The notes beneath the pieces are model-generated. The model was not told the origin of the DNA. It made no database searches and saw only the letters and a list, made by a program, of their open reading frames with translations. Position numbers and translations under genes: made by a program. A stretch of DNA of 63,717 bases, the filler included, from Reticulomyxa filosa (lineage: Eukaryota; Protista; Foraminifera), in assembly GCA_000512085.1 (NCBI GenBank). It is 18 parts of 18 records of this genome, joined end to end, with 100 filler letters (N's around TTAATTAATTAA, not from the genome) between each part and the next. Parts side by side here need not be neighbours in the genome. Positions count along the whole stretch, not along the records: positions 49,443 to 53,885 come from ASPP01003462.1; positions 53,986 to 57,233 come from ASPP01029108.1; positions 57,334 to 60,900 come from ASPP01021460.1; positions 61,001 to 62,398 come from ASPP01036691.1; positions 62,499 to 63,717 come from ASPP01000871.1; 13 more parts are not named here. One strand, written 5' to 3'. Below are positions 49,443 to 63,315 of this stretch, piece after piece. Numbering within the stretch: position 1 is the stretch's first letter; each line of letters starts with the position of its first letter.

Positions 49443-52400
49443 TCGTGGTGATTATGGCTGTTAAAAAGTCATCTTGGAGTGTGCCAGTCCGTTGTGTTTT
49501 TTCGATTACATGGGTTATCTTGCCTGCGGATTAATTGTATTGACAGTGAAGAACAAGAACAAACCTATCGCACAAATGGCTGTACATATTGAATGCGATA
49601 GTACAGCAACAAAGACCCCCCCCCCAGGTTGCGAGTCAAATGGAACATCATCGAATAGATACGACAAGCAACAAAGATAAACCAATTGCGAATTGAAGTG
49701 CATAGTATCTAGATACAATCGCGAACTCAAGGTACGGAGTTGTCCAATAGCGCATATCCGTTAACAGCTGTGAGTGAAGTTCTCAAGCGTGAAGAAAGAT
49801 GAAGATCTTTATTATCAATGCATAGGTAGTGCAACAAGAATCGACACATTAGGTTTTGCAGTGCCAATTGTGGCAGTTTAGAGCGTGGGTTATTCTTTGT
49901 TGATATTTGCGTGAATACCACAGGTCAAGCGAATGTCGTGTGGCGAGTGGGATTGAATATTATGCACAAAAAATTTTTGATTTGTTGTCGTTCTTTCGCG
50001 TGTGAATCACATATCATCGAAGAATGCAATCTTTTATTTCAATTCGAAGTCAAGTCGTGGTTCACATTCCTGTAAAGCATGGGTATCGATTTGATTTGGG
50101 GTATTAAAAATGTTTCAAATGGATCGTCAAAAAAAAGTGCGCAATGCAAGGAATTTACTGCTTATAATGCAGTTTATAATGCATCATTTTCACTGCATGC
50201 GCTTAATTCAATTGATGCTCCCTTGCCACTCCACTTTTTTATTGACACCAACTATTGTGACAAATGTATCGATAGTATATTGATATTGGTTGATCATACT
50301 TCTGGGCTCACTCACAATTTGATGAAAAATCGTACAACAACGCGCAAAGATTTGGCTTTATCTATTCTCGATCAAGCAAGCAATATCAAAGTTGACAAGC
50401 AGCTCGAGCACGTATTACAGAAAAAGCCACACTCAATCAAAAGAATACACTCATCGATATTTGCAACCTGGGGTCTCAATTGTCGCATCTCCTGGATATC
50501 ATCACATATTCAAGCATCGTCTTCAAGATATGTGTGGATAGTCGTTATCATATCTGGAAAGCAATCAATTTCATTTCAAAAAATAATAATCCTCCCAGAG
50601 AACGACAGCAATTCAAATTCCACATGGCCCAATATTGCTTTCAATGGAAATGCATACGCAATCTCACCTGGTACAAATATGATGGGACAACAATGGGTTA
50701 ATGGCTGTCATTTTCATGAGAACCATGCAAAATGCACAATCAAGTCATTCGAGCCAGTGGTGAGTTGTACAACATGATAAACAACCCACAACATTGAATA
50801 TTTCTATTTTGTCTATCAGCCAATGGAGGTGGTCGCCGTTATCATTACATGCACAGAAAAGTAATTGACGTCTCATTGGTTGGTTCTTCTCCTGCGACTG
50901 TATGTTCAAATAACAAGACAAAAGACAGCAACCCAAAAGATTGTATCCAATTGAAACATTGGCATCCAGATGAAAGTTCAGAGATTGTGAACAAGTGGTT
51001 CAATGCAGCTCGCCAGAATATGTAACAAGTATTCCATTGAAAATCGTGTCTTGAATACCTTATTCTCGATTACATGTGGTATTGAGTGCTTTTAGCAAAC
51101 ACTTGGACACTTCCAACAATGGCGCTGCTCAAATTGACTGCTTCTAAATTCGTTTTATCACAGGGAGAAAGTCATGATCATATCAACGGCCATAAATGTA
51201 ATCGTGTACGAGCCATTGAGAATAAAGGAAACGATGTGAATCAGTATCCATCTACTGAATACATTTGCGACCGTGTGATTGCCCAACTCTGGTAAATGTC
51301 GCAATTACATCACAAAAATGGATTGCTTTGTGGTAAATCCACAAGTCAATCCATACAATTAAAGAAAGGAACGAGAAAACCTTTCTGTGATTGTAGTGAA
51401 TGTAATTGTGATGTTACCATTGGACAACGGCAGCAGAGAATTATGGAGATAGTGAAATAGTCGTTATTCCGCAGAAAATATCCCTTGTGACATGCGATCC
51501 TGCATTCCTCAAGTTAAAAAAGCTCGTGAAATTGGTATCACAAAGGATAGAAGTTCCATTTAATTGACGAAAAAGTTGTATTTCATTCTCGATGTGAATT
51601 TATACGTCATTTGTATCAGTGATTGTAAATATGTATCATCCAAGGCAATGTGAACATGGATCCTTTCGTTGTGGAGTCATTTCTTTTAGCTTTGGATAGA
51701 AAGAAATATTAATGAAAGTGGGGAAAAAAAAAAAAAATGAAACATAAACATAGTCGGACTATTTCTAACAGTACGACAAGCAACAATGATTGTGTGAAAG
51801 AAAAACGACGACGTATCAGTACAAAGAAGCATGGATTTATCATGGAAAGCAAGGCATTTGTCGATGTCCACACAAAGGCAATGCGGATGAAGAGGACCAA
51901 CAGAATAAATTCATTGGCGGTACATATAGATGCTGTACATGGAGATTATGAACACAAGTAACAATGGAGTGTTATATATTTGCAGTCAAACACAACTTTC
52001 ACTCACAAAATGAATTATATGAAAATATTCGACTGATTAGATATTGGTGTTAGTCGCTTTTTTTGCATGTATTTGATGTGATATTGTATGTGTCTCCGAT
52101 GTCACACGCCAGATGTATGGACACACTTCAGCGATGCAAGTTGGTATGTCGTCCGTATTGGTTTGAAACTTGTGATATGTCACAATTCAATTGGTCAATA
52201 CAAAATTTGCTCAAAGTCATTAAGTTAAAAATTATTTGTTTTTTGTTTATCTTTCTTTCTAAGTAATTTGAATTAATTTGAATTTCTCTCAAGTTACAAG
52301 AAAATATTTCACATTTGATTAATATAAAACGTATAGCATCAAGAAGTAGAAAGAGAGAATAATAGCCGCCTGTCAATTTATTATGATGAAAGAAATCTGA

Positions 52401-52800
52401 TTGTGTGATCCTCTGTTTAAAATGCATTGGCACACACATTTAATCAATGATCCGCAAAAAACAAGAACTTACTCGTACCAGTGTGGACACAACCAGCGCA
52501 AAAAAAAGATCAAGGTATTGTTCAAGAATGGAAAAGAAAGTACGTTAACAAGCACACGAACTTAAAGAAAGGACCATTGGAATTTGCGTGAAGACATCAC
52601 TATTGGCTACGTGTTGTCGATGCGTGCACGAAATTTGATTTGAAATATTGTTGTGACTGTGCGAGACAGTTCGTTTGTAAATGTGTGTGCAAGTGTACCA
52701 AATTGGGATGCCGTCAACTGTGGACTGAAAATAAAAACTCTCATCCGACCTGATTTAGTTGACCATCATGAAGTATTTGTTATTACTGAACTTCTAAAAA
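49443..52800 (+). pseudogene. Long decayed coding region, family not identified
   Basis: Coding-like composition with many short ORF fragments (longest 232 aa). No reliable motif. Confidence 0.3.
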
Positions 52801-54171
52801 AAAACTTGCGTTAGAGTTGAAAATGTACTCCTTTTTTTTTTGTTATTTAATTTAACAATTTTATTAATTTCTCCAATTGTTTGAATTTTTAAAAATTTTC
52901 TGTACTTTTTTGTAATTATGTCAATCAATAGATAATTTTCTTCAGGTGTTGTTATCAACATCATTCACCTTGAAAAACTATTCAATTTATAACAGAGAAA
53001 GAAATAAAACGCTAAGTGTTTTGACTTTTTTCCAATCCATACGGAAATATCTTTGGTTACTAAGTAAAAATTGCTTATATTTATTATTAAAAAAATTCAA
53101 AATACAAAATTCCCTTTATACATATAAATAAAAGAGCACCCTTTTCAAAAACGAAAAAAAAAACTCACTCCAAAAAAAAATAATCGAAAACTGGTAAATG
53201 TTGCGAAAAACGGGGCAAAAGTGGAGAATTGAGTGGCGCCTGGTCGCACAAATTCCTGTTCGAATATCACTCTTCCGCGGGGAGTTTTGAAAAAAGGACC
53301 GTCATCACTGTTGACTCTTTCAAATGAGACAATAGCTGTTTGATCAATGAATTCTTTCTTTTTCTTGTGTCGCTTTGAGTTTCTTTCTGCCCCTTTGGCA
53401 CTGTATACGTTTCGTCCGATGGATTCATTGCTGATACTATGTGGTAGTCAGCTCTGTTTTATATATACATATATTATGCATAATTATTTTTTTAAAAAAA
53501 AACAAGCGTTGAATAAAGACATACGTAGATTTGACTGAAATGTGGACACAATCATTCCACTCATTTCTTCTCCTTCATCGCTTTCATTTCCAGTGACGAC
53601 GAGAGTGTGAGAGATGCTGGAGTTTAGAGTCAGTTGCGCAGACTACATTTTTTGGAGGCACAGCGTGCGGCGCAAGAGTGGAGCCAGTCGACTCACCAGC
53701 CGCGGCTGATAACGTTGGCAAGGAAGTGCAATATCTTGTCGACGACGGCCATGGAAGAAAAAACAATATGGATCCGTGGCAACTGTTGTTGAGAAGACAA
53801 CAAGTGGAAAATGTTGTCCTTTGTTCTCGGCACATTGACAAGCACACGTTGGACGACCATTGCACTGTTTTTTTTTTTTTTTTTTNNNNNNNNNNNNNNN
53901 NNNNNNNNNNNNNNNNNNNNNNNNNNNNNTTAATTAATTAANNNNNNNNNNNNNNNNNNNNNNNNNNNNNNNNNNNNNNNNNNNNATCTTAAAAACAATA
54001 ATCTTTTGCTTTTATTTAATAATTGAAGCTGCTGATAAAAATATTCGAATGAGATAAAAATGAAACGAACATTATAATTCTTCTCTTTGTCTTAAAGAGA
54101 AAAACAAAGATTAAAGGTACTAAAAGGGTAAATTGATGAACAAAAATATGTAACTTTGTCTAAAGCTCTTT

Positions 54172-54439
54172 TGTATAGTGTGATGGATTACATTTCTTCA
54201 AGTTAGAATCTTGTTTGTGGGGAGTCTACAGTGAAGAGCTTTACTAAATGTAATACGAAAGAGTGTTACTATCAACGAGAGTGACTTTCAGGAAATAAAA
54301 GTAAATTAAAGAATAAATCAAAGACAAAAGGAGTAAGAGAGAAAACAAGTAAGAGGTAGTTTGTTGAGGAGGTTTAACCCAAAGGGAGCTCCTCAGTTCC
54401 ATAGGCGTTCAGCCATGTGTGATAAGGGCTTGCCCTACA
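54172..54439. mobile_element. Second copy of the solo-LTR-like element
   Basis: Shares TGTAATACGA..GTGTT, AAGTAAGA.GTAG.TTGTTGAGGA.GTTTAACC and the terminal CTTGCCCTACA with 47362-47581. Left boundary and TSD are uncertain. Confidence 0.65.
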
Positions 54440-57400
54440 CATTGTTGAAATTGGAGTGACTCTGAACATTCTTTGGAAAAAGAGATTTTAAAATCTTAAT
54501 CTTGTACAACGAACAAATACATTTTTTTAAATCAATCAAAGACTAGATAGATTCGCATCAATGTATAACAAATTTTATCATTGAATTTGAAAAAGTAAGG
54601 TCTTTAAGTTTTAAGAATTTTTGCAAAAAGAAGATAAAATTGAACCCAAAGACTAGTTAAAACTGCAAATGACTTTCTCCAGGAAAAATTTTTAAAAAAT
54701 TTCTTTTTAATATTATTATAAGGTTGAAGTAATGAAGCATAATTTGTTTGAAGTCGGCGTTTTAAAAAAGTTCTACCTGTAAAACTTGGTTTGTTTTACG
54801 AGGGTCTGTAGCAAAAAAGTTGTTTTTGTGTTTGGTTCATTTTGCTCTCATGAGCACGAGTAGCCCACGTGAGCAAGATTATTGTAAAACAGTAAAAAGT
54901 TACTATTTTGTACAAAAACCATTGTTTTGTGTTGGAACGTTAATTAGCCAAGGTGTAAAAATAAGTACACTATGGCCAGTCGCGTTCCTATATACAAAGG
55001 TCTAACTCAAAGAAATTGATTTTTTTTGTATCGTTTTCTTTTTTTTTGTTGGGCCTACATTAATGCTATGAGTCTCTTTAAAAAAGTATGATGTGTTTGT
55101 TTTTTAGGATTCGCACTTTTGCGGGCGGCAAAAAAATTTCTGAAAAGTAAGAAAAGTTTTGTGCAATACAAAATGATGATCGGATTTATTTTTAATTAGC
55201 TACCAGTGTTTGGTATTGGAATAGTTGTTTATGTGTGAACACTTTTGTTTGTTACTGCTTAGTTTTTTAACTTTTTGCGCTGTTATTCCCAAACTTGGAT
55301 GATAAAATAAATGTGATCTGTTTGAAACTGTTTTGCTCACGCTAAACTTCGAGACTTTATTGTGGTAAAGAGTTTATATTTATTTGCAATGAGTCTTTAA
55401 TATGCTTGATAAAAATTTTGTCGAACTAATCCGAGCAAAAACACAAATGATTTCAATGGCAAACACGCCGGCGTCCTTGAAATTTAAATTATGTGTCAGA
55501 ATTATTCATTTTGAAGTCATATAAAATATCATGAATTTCAACAAAGTTTAAATGCACTTCAAACATTTTAAAAATGTATTGTACAATAATTGAATCAATT
55601 GAGTATTTCAACATGTTTTTTTTGGATTCGTGATCTGATAATCAGAAATTGGATGTCACGTTCAAATTTCACCGTAATGGATGATAACAATTGACACAAA
55701 AGCAAGTAAAACGTAATCAAAATTTATTTTTTGTTTTCGGATTTATTGTAAGTATATTTTCCAGCATTTTTGTTCTCATCAACATCTCAATCAAGAGTAA
55801 AAAAGCGATTTTTAGAATATGAAGGCCCTGCCACAAATCTTCGAAAGTTCAAATAGGAAAAGAGTACGAGTGATTGGTAGTGGCAAAGTTAAAGTGCATC
55901 CCATTAAAGTACTCTTGTTCCTTTTTTTTTTGAATGTGTTGACAGTGTGCAACATTATTTTCATGATTTTTGGAGAATAATTTCTTTTTTTTGTTGAAGA
56001 ACAGATAATGCAATATTTAATTTTTTAGGCTGCAAAAGTGCAAAATAACGAAATGAACAATTATCATCAATACTTTTATTAGATACCTTTCTTTCATAAT
56101 GATGTCCCTACTTTATTTTCCATCTTTCTTTCTCGTTTTGTTGTTACTTTTTTATTTGTTGGTGTCTTATAGTAGAAGTTTTTTTTTGTAAGTTAAAACT
56201 GGTCTTCAATTCGATGTATTCTAACAACCCGAAACATTAATTTTAAATAATAAAAATAAATAGGTCTACTGTTTCGAACAAACAGCAAATATTATGAAAA
56301 CTTATTGCGTAAAATCGACATTGACGCAAATAACAGTATCAATCAAATCCACAATTCAATTAACTGTTCTCAAACACTACTAATGGTGATCCATACTTTC
56401 CAAAACAAAACAAAAAAAAAATGAAAATAATAACTCAGTTGTGGGAACATTTATTCATTGTTTGTTGTGATGGTTTTGAAACGTCGTCAATGCTTTAGAA
56501 AATGTTTTTTTTAAAAGGGGACGAAAAAATGTGCCCCTTTGAAAAAAAGTCTTTATTAAATAATTGAATTTTTTTAAAATTTATTTTCAAAGAGAAAATT
56601 AATCCTTTTTTTCATAGTTTTTTTTTATAAACAAAGAAGGTCAACTTAGAACATTTAAAAAAAATTTATTTTTTTTGTTGAAATGTAAAGTGACGCAATG
56701 GAAAAAAAACAGTACATGTTGGGAGGGGTGTCGTTCTATCCAGCACTCGACAGGGACACCAAATATATAGATGAATGTTTGTCCATATCGATATACATTT
56801 CATCAGCAACACGATTATTATTATCATTACTAGTCGCGATTGAAAGGAGGACAATGACTCACAAATGATGCTAATGTTCGATCAGGTCGTTAGCAATAGA
56901 CATGACAAAGGCAAGCGTCTTGCTCGGTTCCATCTCTGCGCCAAACACAAATACACGGCCTTGGTGGTTACAACCGTGATCGACGGACAAGTCAGCACCT
57001 TTTCTTTTAATCTATTCTCCAACAGATCGCTCACCAAATGTCGCCAAATGTATATTGTGGCTTCGTTGCGTCAAACGCAAATCCTGGGTCTTCTATTCGC
57101 TTCCATGTCACTTGTGTGCACTCATTCTTCATCTTTTTGTATGATGCCATTTTGAGAATAATGTTTTTTGTTTATCTTTGCTAAAAAAAAAGAAAAAAGG
57201 AAATTTCTAGACTGCCTTTGGTCTCCACTTGCGNNNNNNNNNNNNNNNNNNNNNNNNNNNNNNNNNNNNNNNNNNNNTTAATTAATTAANNNNNNNNNNN
57301 NNNNNNNNNNNNNNNNNNNNNNNNNNNNNNNNNCAATCCTTTGTAATCACGTAAAAAACGTGTCGTAATCGAACACTAGACTTTTTTCTTCACTTTGGCA

Positions 57401-59599
57401 TTTACTCCTGTGTATACTTATTGTCGCTGTTTCATTTAAGTCACTCAAGTGATTGTCTATTTTCTGATCCAGCATTTCATATCCACCCGATTCGGGTTTT
57501 CCTTTATCGTTTAGAATTACTACTTTGTTATTGTTTACGTCGTTTGCGTCGAGTCTAAGACCTTTCTCACTTATTATGATTGAAATGCTGCAGATATTGA
57601 TATCAAACATGTTGCATAAAGCTTTTAATGTGTTGTTTGTTCAAGAATCTGTACAATTTTTTTTAGTTGATTTTATTAATTAATTTTTTTTTTTTTCAGT
57701 ATTTAAGAAAACCCTTACATTTTTAAAGCTTGCAAAATTTGTTTCTGTATATAAATGTAAAAAGATTTCTGTCAAAATGGTACCTTATGGAGATTATCAA
57801 TTTTCTATCTCAAACATTTTGCCACTATCTATAAAATAAACCTTTTCATGCCATTAATGAAAAAGTAGACATGAAAATGCCATGATATTTATGTATTGAC
57901 GGCAGTGATCAATTTTAATTTACTTTACCGTAAAGTTTTCAAAACATTAGTTCAAAGGCAAAACACAAACTTTTTTTTATTAGGAGAGCTAAACTTTTGT
58001 AAAGATGTGTGAACCTATCCAACTGAGCCAGACGAAATTGCATTTGTTTATGAAAATAACGCGTTTTGTGTATGGAGGAATAGTCTTTACAGCGTTTGGG
58101 CTTATTATTTTGATTATTATGAGCTCGGTTACAGACGTTGTGTACGCACTGATAGTCCAACTCATTGGCATCACTTTTGGGTTGGCGCTCTTATCTGTAA
58201 GTGGAGGAAGTTAAGAATTGCAAAAAAAAAGAAAAACATTACAAAATCAAATAAAATCAAATAAAATCAAACAGAATGGCTTGTATTCAGTGAAGGCACC
58301 GATAGTGTGATTGATGTTAAGGGATACTGCCTTAATTTTCACTTTATCAAAAAAAGAATTAGAAAGCTATCAGATTTGACAGCTGTTTTTATTACGAGTG
58401 AGCTAGTAACGAGTACAGACAATGACAACCATCACAGTTTAGTTCCTTTTTGTATTATATATACTTGCTATTATTAATTATTAATTTTTTTTTATACTTA
58501 TTGTCTTTTAGCAACATCTACTTTTTATGATACCACATTACATTTTGCAAATGGTATGACATTTAATGATCAGCACTCCCGACTGATCTCGTTTAAACAA
58601 TTTTATGGTGAAGATAAAGGAATGGACGGACAAACATCGCCCGAATCAGGGAATTCCTTGGAAGTCCAGATCAATTAATTAATGACGTAGTTGTGCAAGT
58701 ATTGCAAAATTCCAATCAAAATGTGGAAAATGAGTTACGGGTATTAGTGATGAAATACCAAATATCGTCTGATCCTAATGCAAAAACGAGAGGACAGATA
58801 TTGGCTTTGGTGATGAAATATAACAAGAATCTTTGACAGAAACTTATGCTGTTTTACGACAACAGGGACCATATTCAGTTCAAAGCGAGATTGCTTTGAT
58901 AAATGCTTCCGAGGTTATCATTCATGCTAATAGTAATAATACTACTGTTGTACATCAACAAGAACTATACTCTCCACCAAATTATTCCAACGAGTGAAAA
59001 CCAACTTACCAATGACCAGACATGAAAAAACTGGGAATGAAAAGTTATTGGATTTTTGTTTTGTAATGACTTTATTTGAAAGTCCTTTTTATTTTATTTT
59101 TGATTGAAATTTTTTTTAATTAATTGTTATTTGTAATTTTTTTGTTGAATATCTACAATCAACAAAAAATATTGTAATGGTCCTTTCTCTTTAGCTGTAC
59201 AAATTCGTAGTGAAAGCAGATCTAGCTAAAGGACATTGAATAATAAAATTGTTTTTTTTGAGCTAAAAAAAGGTTGAATTCTATCTAAATAATGACAAAT
59301 ATTTTTAAAGATCGAATAAATCAAGATATAAATATTATTGAAATTATATGATCAAAAGCAGAAGATAATTGATACAAAACCAAACATTACTTGCAATCTG
59401 AATAAACAAATAAATAATTTTTCTTTGTAGATAAAAAGTGTAAAAATAGTACAATTTATTTACAAAAATAAAATAAATGAAACAAATAAGTGCAACCAAA
59501 TTTTGTTACACATTAATAGAATATTAAAAAAATACAATCAGATCGGTAAGAAATCAATTGCTTACCAAACTTTACATTTCTTCTTCATCCAAAGGAAGT

Positions 59600-59760
59600 T
59601 GGAACTTTTCCTCTTCCTTTTTTTGAAGAAGAACCCCAAGGGCCGCAGTCTTACTGCAATATGTAAATTTTCACCGAAAGGTGAAAATTTCTTCTTAATT
59701 TCTTCTCATTATCTCGTAAGTTGCTGTCCTGGTTGCTGTTTTTTTGCAATGTTTACTTGT
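59600..59760 (-). pseudogene. Possible kinesin motor N-terminal fragment
   Basis: GENLHIAVRLRPL resembles the first kinesin beta-strand motif (V.VR.RP). No further motor motifs seen. Confidence 0.3.
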
Positions 59761-60173
59761 CGAGTCAAGAGTACTTACGTTGTACACTTTTCAACATATT
59801 CTAAAAATTTAATATCAACTGATGATATAATACAATAGAAGACAACTTGTGTATTTGTCAACACTCTTTATTATTCGAACGTGTTAAAATTCACTGAAAA
59901 TAGAAATGACTTTTAATTTCTGTTTACAATCGCTTGATGATCAATACAAATAGTTTTTTACTTATGTTTGGTTCGAATTTGAATGATGTGCTGAATAAAA
60001 AGTTTAAGTTTTAACGATGAATTTCTCTTTTAATAAATAACAAAACGCAAATATAATAAAACAACACCCAGAAATGACTAACACAACATTTGCATCCAAA
60101 TATCCCTTAATCTGGGCACAAATCCATAAAGTAAAATAATAAAAAAAATTTAAACATGAAATTTTTTTAAAAT

Positions 60174-60900
60174 AACAGTAATGATCTGGTTTGAAAGGTC
60201 CATCTTGTTTGATTCCTAACTATTTGGATTGCTCCTTGCTCAATGGAGTTAATTTAGCTCCCAATTTGTCCAAATGCAAACGAACAACTTTTGACAAAGT
60301 ATAAACACAAACTTTTTATTTTCCATTGCCCTTATTTTCCCACAAGTTAATTTGAGCAATCACTTGGTTGGTGGAACGAACAAGACATGACAAACGATGG
60401 ATGACTATTAATGTAAACGATTCTGTAACCAAGTCAAAATTTGACAACCATTTATGGTTGTCGTCGTCATTCATTGCCTGACGGAATTATGCGCGCTACT
60501 GATGTCATGATTGTGCTGGCAAGCAGATGATGATTTGTGGTTATGGCGATGTTTGTAAAGGATTTGCCCAGCCGATGAAAAGTGTGCGCTACTAGCAAGG
60601 GAACAGCAAAGCTTCTTTCATTGGTCATACTATTGTACAATCGGTTGCACACCAGTCGTGATTTCTTCGGAAACTCCAACAACTCGAGCAGCAATCTTAT
60701 ATTCCACTTTTTCATATCTTTTTTTCATATCTTTTTTTCAATTGCTCTTTAATGAGCGTTAACACGATCTTGAATTCGGCATTGGTTGCTTTGCTTGGGT
60801 CAAGGAACTTTCCATTGATCTCGTATATTTATTTTTTTTCCTCATTTCTCACACCTTCGTGGATCAACAACGTTGCATCGACATTGGACCATGTCAATAT
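60174..60900 (-). pseudogene. AHCY: S-adenosylhomocysteine hydrolase pseudogene with an internal inversion (60405-60595) and deletions
   Basis: Minus: DATLLIHEGV..NAEFKIVL, VGVSEEITTGV, LLFP. Plus: INVNDSVTKSKFDN, RHSLPDGIMRATDVMI, GYGDV. Minus: HPSFVMSCSF, TNQVIAQ, LHLDKLGAKLT, GPFKPDHY. Confidence 0.92.
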
Positions 60901-62601
60901 NNNNNNNNNNNNNNNNNNNNNNNNNNNNNNNNNNNNNNNNNNNNTTAATTAATTAANNNNNNNNNNNNNNNNNNNNNNNNNNNNNNNNNNNNNNNNNNNN
61001 AAGAAAAATTGCTCTGTCCTCGACGAATTACTGGTCATCGAAAAACAATGCTGACATCAACATTAATGATAATTATAACGCAATACCTCCAGAAGATTTG
61101 CTCATTCTAAAGCAAAACAACTCTCTGATCGGAGACGGAAATGAACAAGACATGCGATAGACTCAGTACGCCGCTCCGATGGAAGACGTGAGCGCGACGC
61201 AGAAATGGAAATGGAGATGCAAATGGAAGTAGCCGAACGGGACGGCTTGCCTAAAAAGTTTTGGAATTATTTTGAAGAATGGACCCCGCTGTTTGAAGGC
61301 GTGCAACAATATTTATTACAAGTTTAGTGACATTTATTTTAAAAAATTCAGAGTCATTAACTTTGTTTGTTATGTTCAAGAACTAGGTTTCAAAATGATC
61401 GAAGATGCACTAATCACAAAAATGGATAATATAATGGACAGAACGAATTTGAGACCATTGCTGGCGCTGATTGCAATAATGACTTACATTTGTTATAACA
61501 GTCGACATTCTCCGGAAAAGTTGACCGATTTGCCGCGATTGTTCCGACGATGTCCGATCATGGTTGATAAAGCTAAAAGAAATGCAGAAATTAACAACGT
61601 TGCTATGAACACAACAAACAATAGCCAAACCGCCGAGAAAGTCACCATCAAAGCAAATATTCCCGGAAAAAATTACGTTATTCTTTATTTTATGAACGAC
61701 TGTTCTACAAGATAATGAAAAAAAAAATTCTGTTATGAACTATATTGTACCTAACATTGTAACATAGGTTTGTAGTTTTTTTTAACAAAAAAATATTTAA
61801 AAAATCAAAAAATATATATTTTTTCTTTTTTTGTTTTTGTTTGCTTTGTTTGTAAAAGAAAAGGGGGGATGTGCGTTTAAATCAACACTCACTTTACGTT
61901 CTCGGCGGGATCATATTGTAGGCTGTTGTTATTATATAAAGAAAGGTTGGATGGGTGAAAAGTCGAAAATGCAAATACAAATGAATCGAAACTACATTTA
62001 TCATATTGTCAGCGAGAGCTTTGCATCATCGAGCATGTAGATTTTGCCAAGGTCTATTAACGAAGATGAACGGACAATCGCAGACGGATTCAATTATCAA
62101 TAGTCGACGCCAAGGCTTTTCGCCCAACCTGTTTTTGACTAGTAAAAATGATGATAATGACGATCTGACTCAACTATCACTCACGCTAACATATAATCGA
62201 CAACAAAATATATTGGTGAATTGTCTACTTAAGAGTGGTCCAAGCAATTCCAACAGCTCTGCTTCAGCTTCATCTTCTGCTTTATCTTACTCCGTCTCTG
62301 TCTTTGTTTCCACCTCGCCTGTACCCCTTTCCAACTCTTACTCGCCCAAACATATCTCCCTGCTCAGCGAAAGCGAAATGATCATGGCTGTCGATCTCNN
62401 NNNNNNNNNNNNNNNNNNNNNNNNNNNNNNNNNNNNNNNNNNTTAATTAATTAANNNNNNNNNNNNNNNNNNNNNNNNNNNNNNNNNNNNNNNNNNNNAT
62501 ATATATATATATATATATATATACGTGTATATAATCTTTATTCGGTCGAAAGCAAAGCAGACAAAAGTCACTCCAATTGATACTTTACAACACAATAAAA
62601 A

Positions 62602-63315
62602 GTGACCACTAACGTAGATGTCAAGTACCACCGCGTGCCAATCACAGACGAACAAGCACCTTTGCCTCATGGTGTGGATCAATTAGTAAGCATGTTCGAA
62701 TGTGAGCCATGGGAGGCAATTTGGGTGTTCAATTGTCAAATGGGCCGTGGACGCACCACCACTGGCATGATTTTGCATGTTTTGTGGAAAATTCGCGTTG
62801 GCTTGGCCAAACCTCCTCCTGTCGCCACAAAAAGCGAGGCAAAAGAATCAAATGAAATGACTGATGCGGAACGAGAAACATTGGTTTGGAAGAGAGGGGA
62901 ATATCCGGCTGTGTTGGATTTGATGCGGTTGTTGGAGGAAGCAAAAAAGGCAAAGCAATTGGTTGATGAAATCATTGATTTTGTTAGTGCAATGCAAAAT
63001 TTAAGAGAGGCCATTTTTCAACTAAAGACTCGTACTGAAACGTCGATTAGTGAAAAAGCTCGAGCGCACAATATGCATCGGCTTGTTCATTACTTGAGAA
63101 GATATTGCTTGCTTATTGCTTTTTCTGGATATTTGCTTACTGCCTATGAAGTCCCTAAGAACAGAGAAGCGGCCATTCAAAGACGCGAAAAATCGCCTGC
63201 TTCAAATAACACTGGAAAAACCAAAGAGTACAAATGGAGCTTTACAAAATGGCTCGAGCAGAGAAGGGATGTGCTGAACTTAATTGCCAAAGCAACCATC
63301 GAATTGAAAAAATAA
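62602..63315 (+). CDS. Paladin-like (PTP-like phytase-fold) phosphatase, C-terminal exon, 5'-partial
   Basis: YHRVPITDEQAP, FNCQMGRGRTTTGM (CX5R), RGEY..L.RLL..AK..VD.IID..QNLREAI and YLRRYCLLIAF..YL. Confidence 0.88.
   Translation: MTTNVDVKYHRVPITDEQAPLPHGVDQLVSMFECEPWEAIWVFNCQMGRGRTTTGMILHVLWKIRVGLAKPPPVATKSEAKESNEMTDAERETLVWKRGEYPAVLDLMRLLEEAKKAKQLVDEIIDFVSAMQNLREAIFQLKTRTETSISEKARAHNMHRLVHYLRRYCLLIAFSGYLLTAYEVPKNREAAIQRREKSPASNNTGKTKEYKWSFTKWLEQRRDVLNLIAKATIELKK

Noticed and set aside
49443-52800. RNase H or RNF213-like AAA identity (ISWISSH, CGKST)
   Set aside because: The motifs are too short and isolated to support an assignment without an HMM search.
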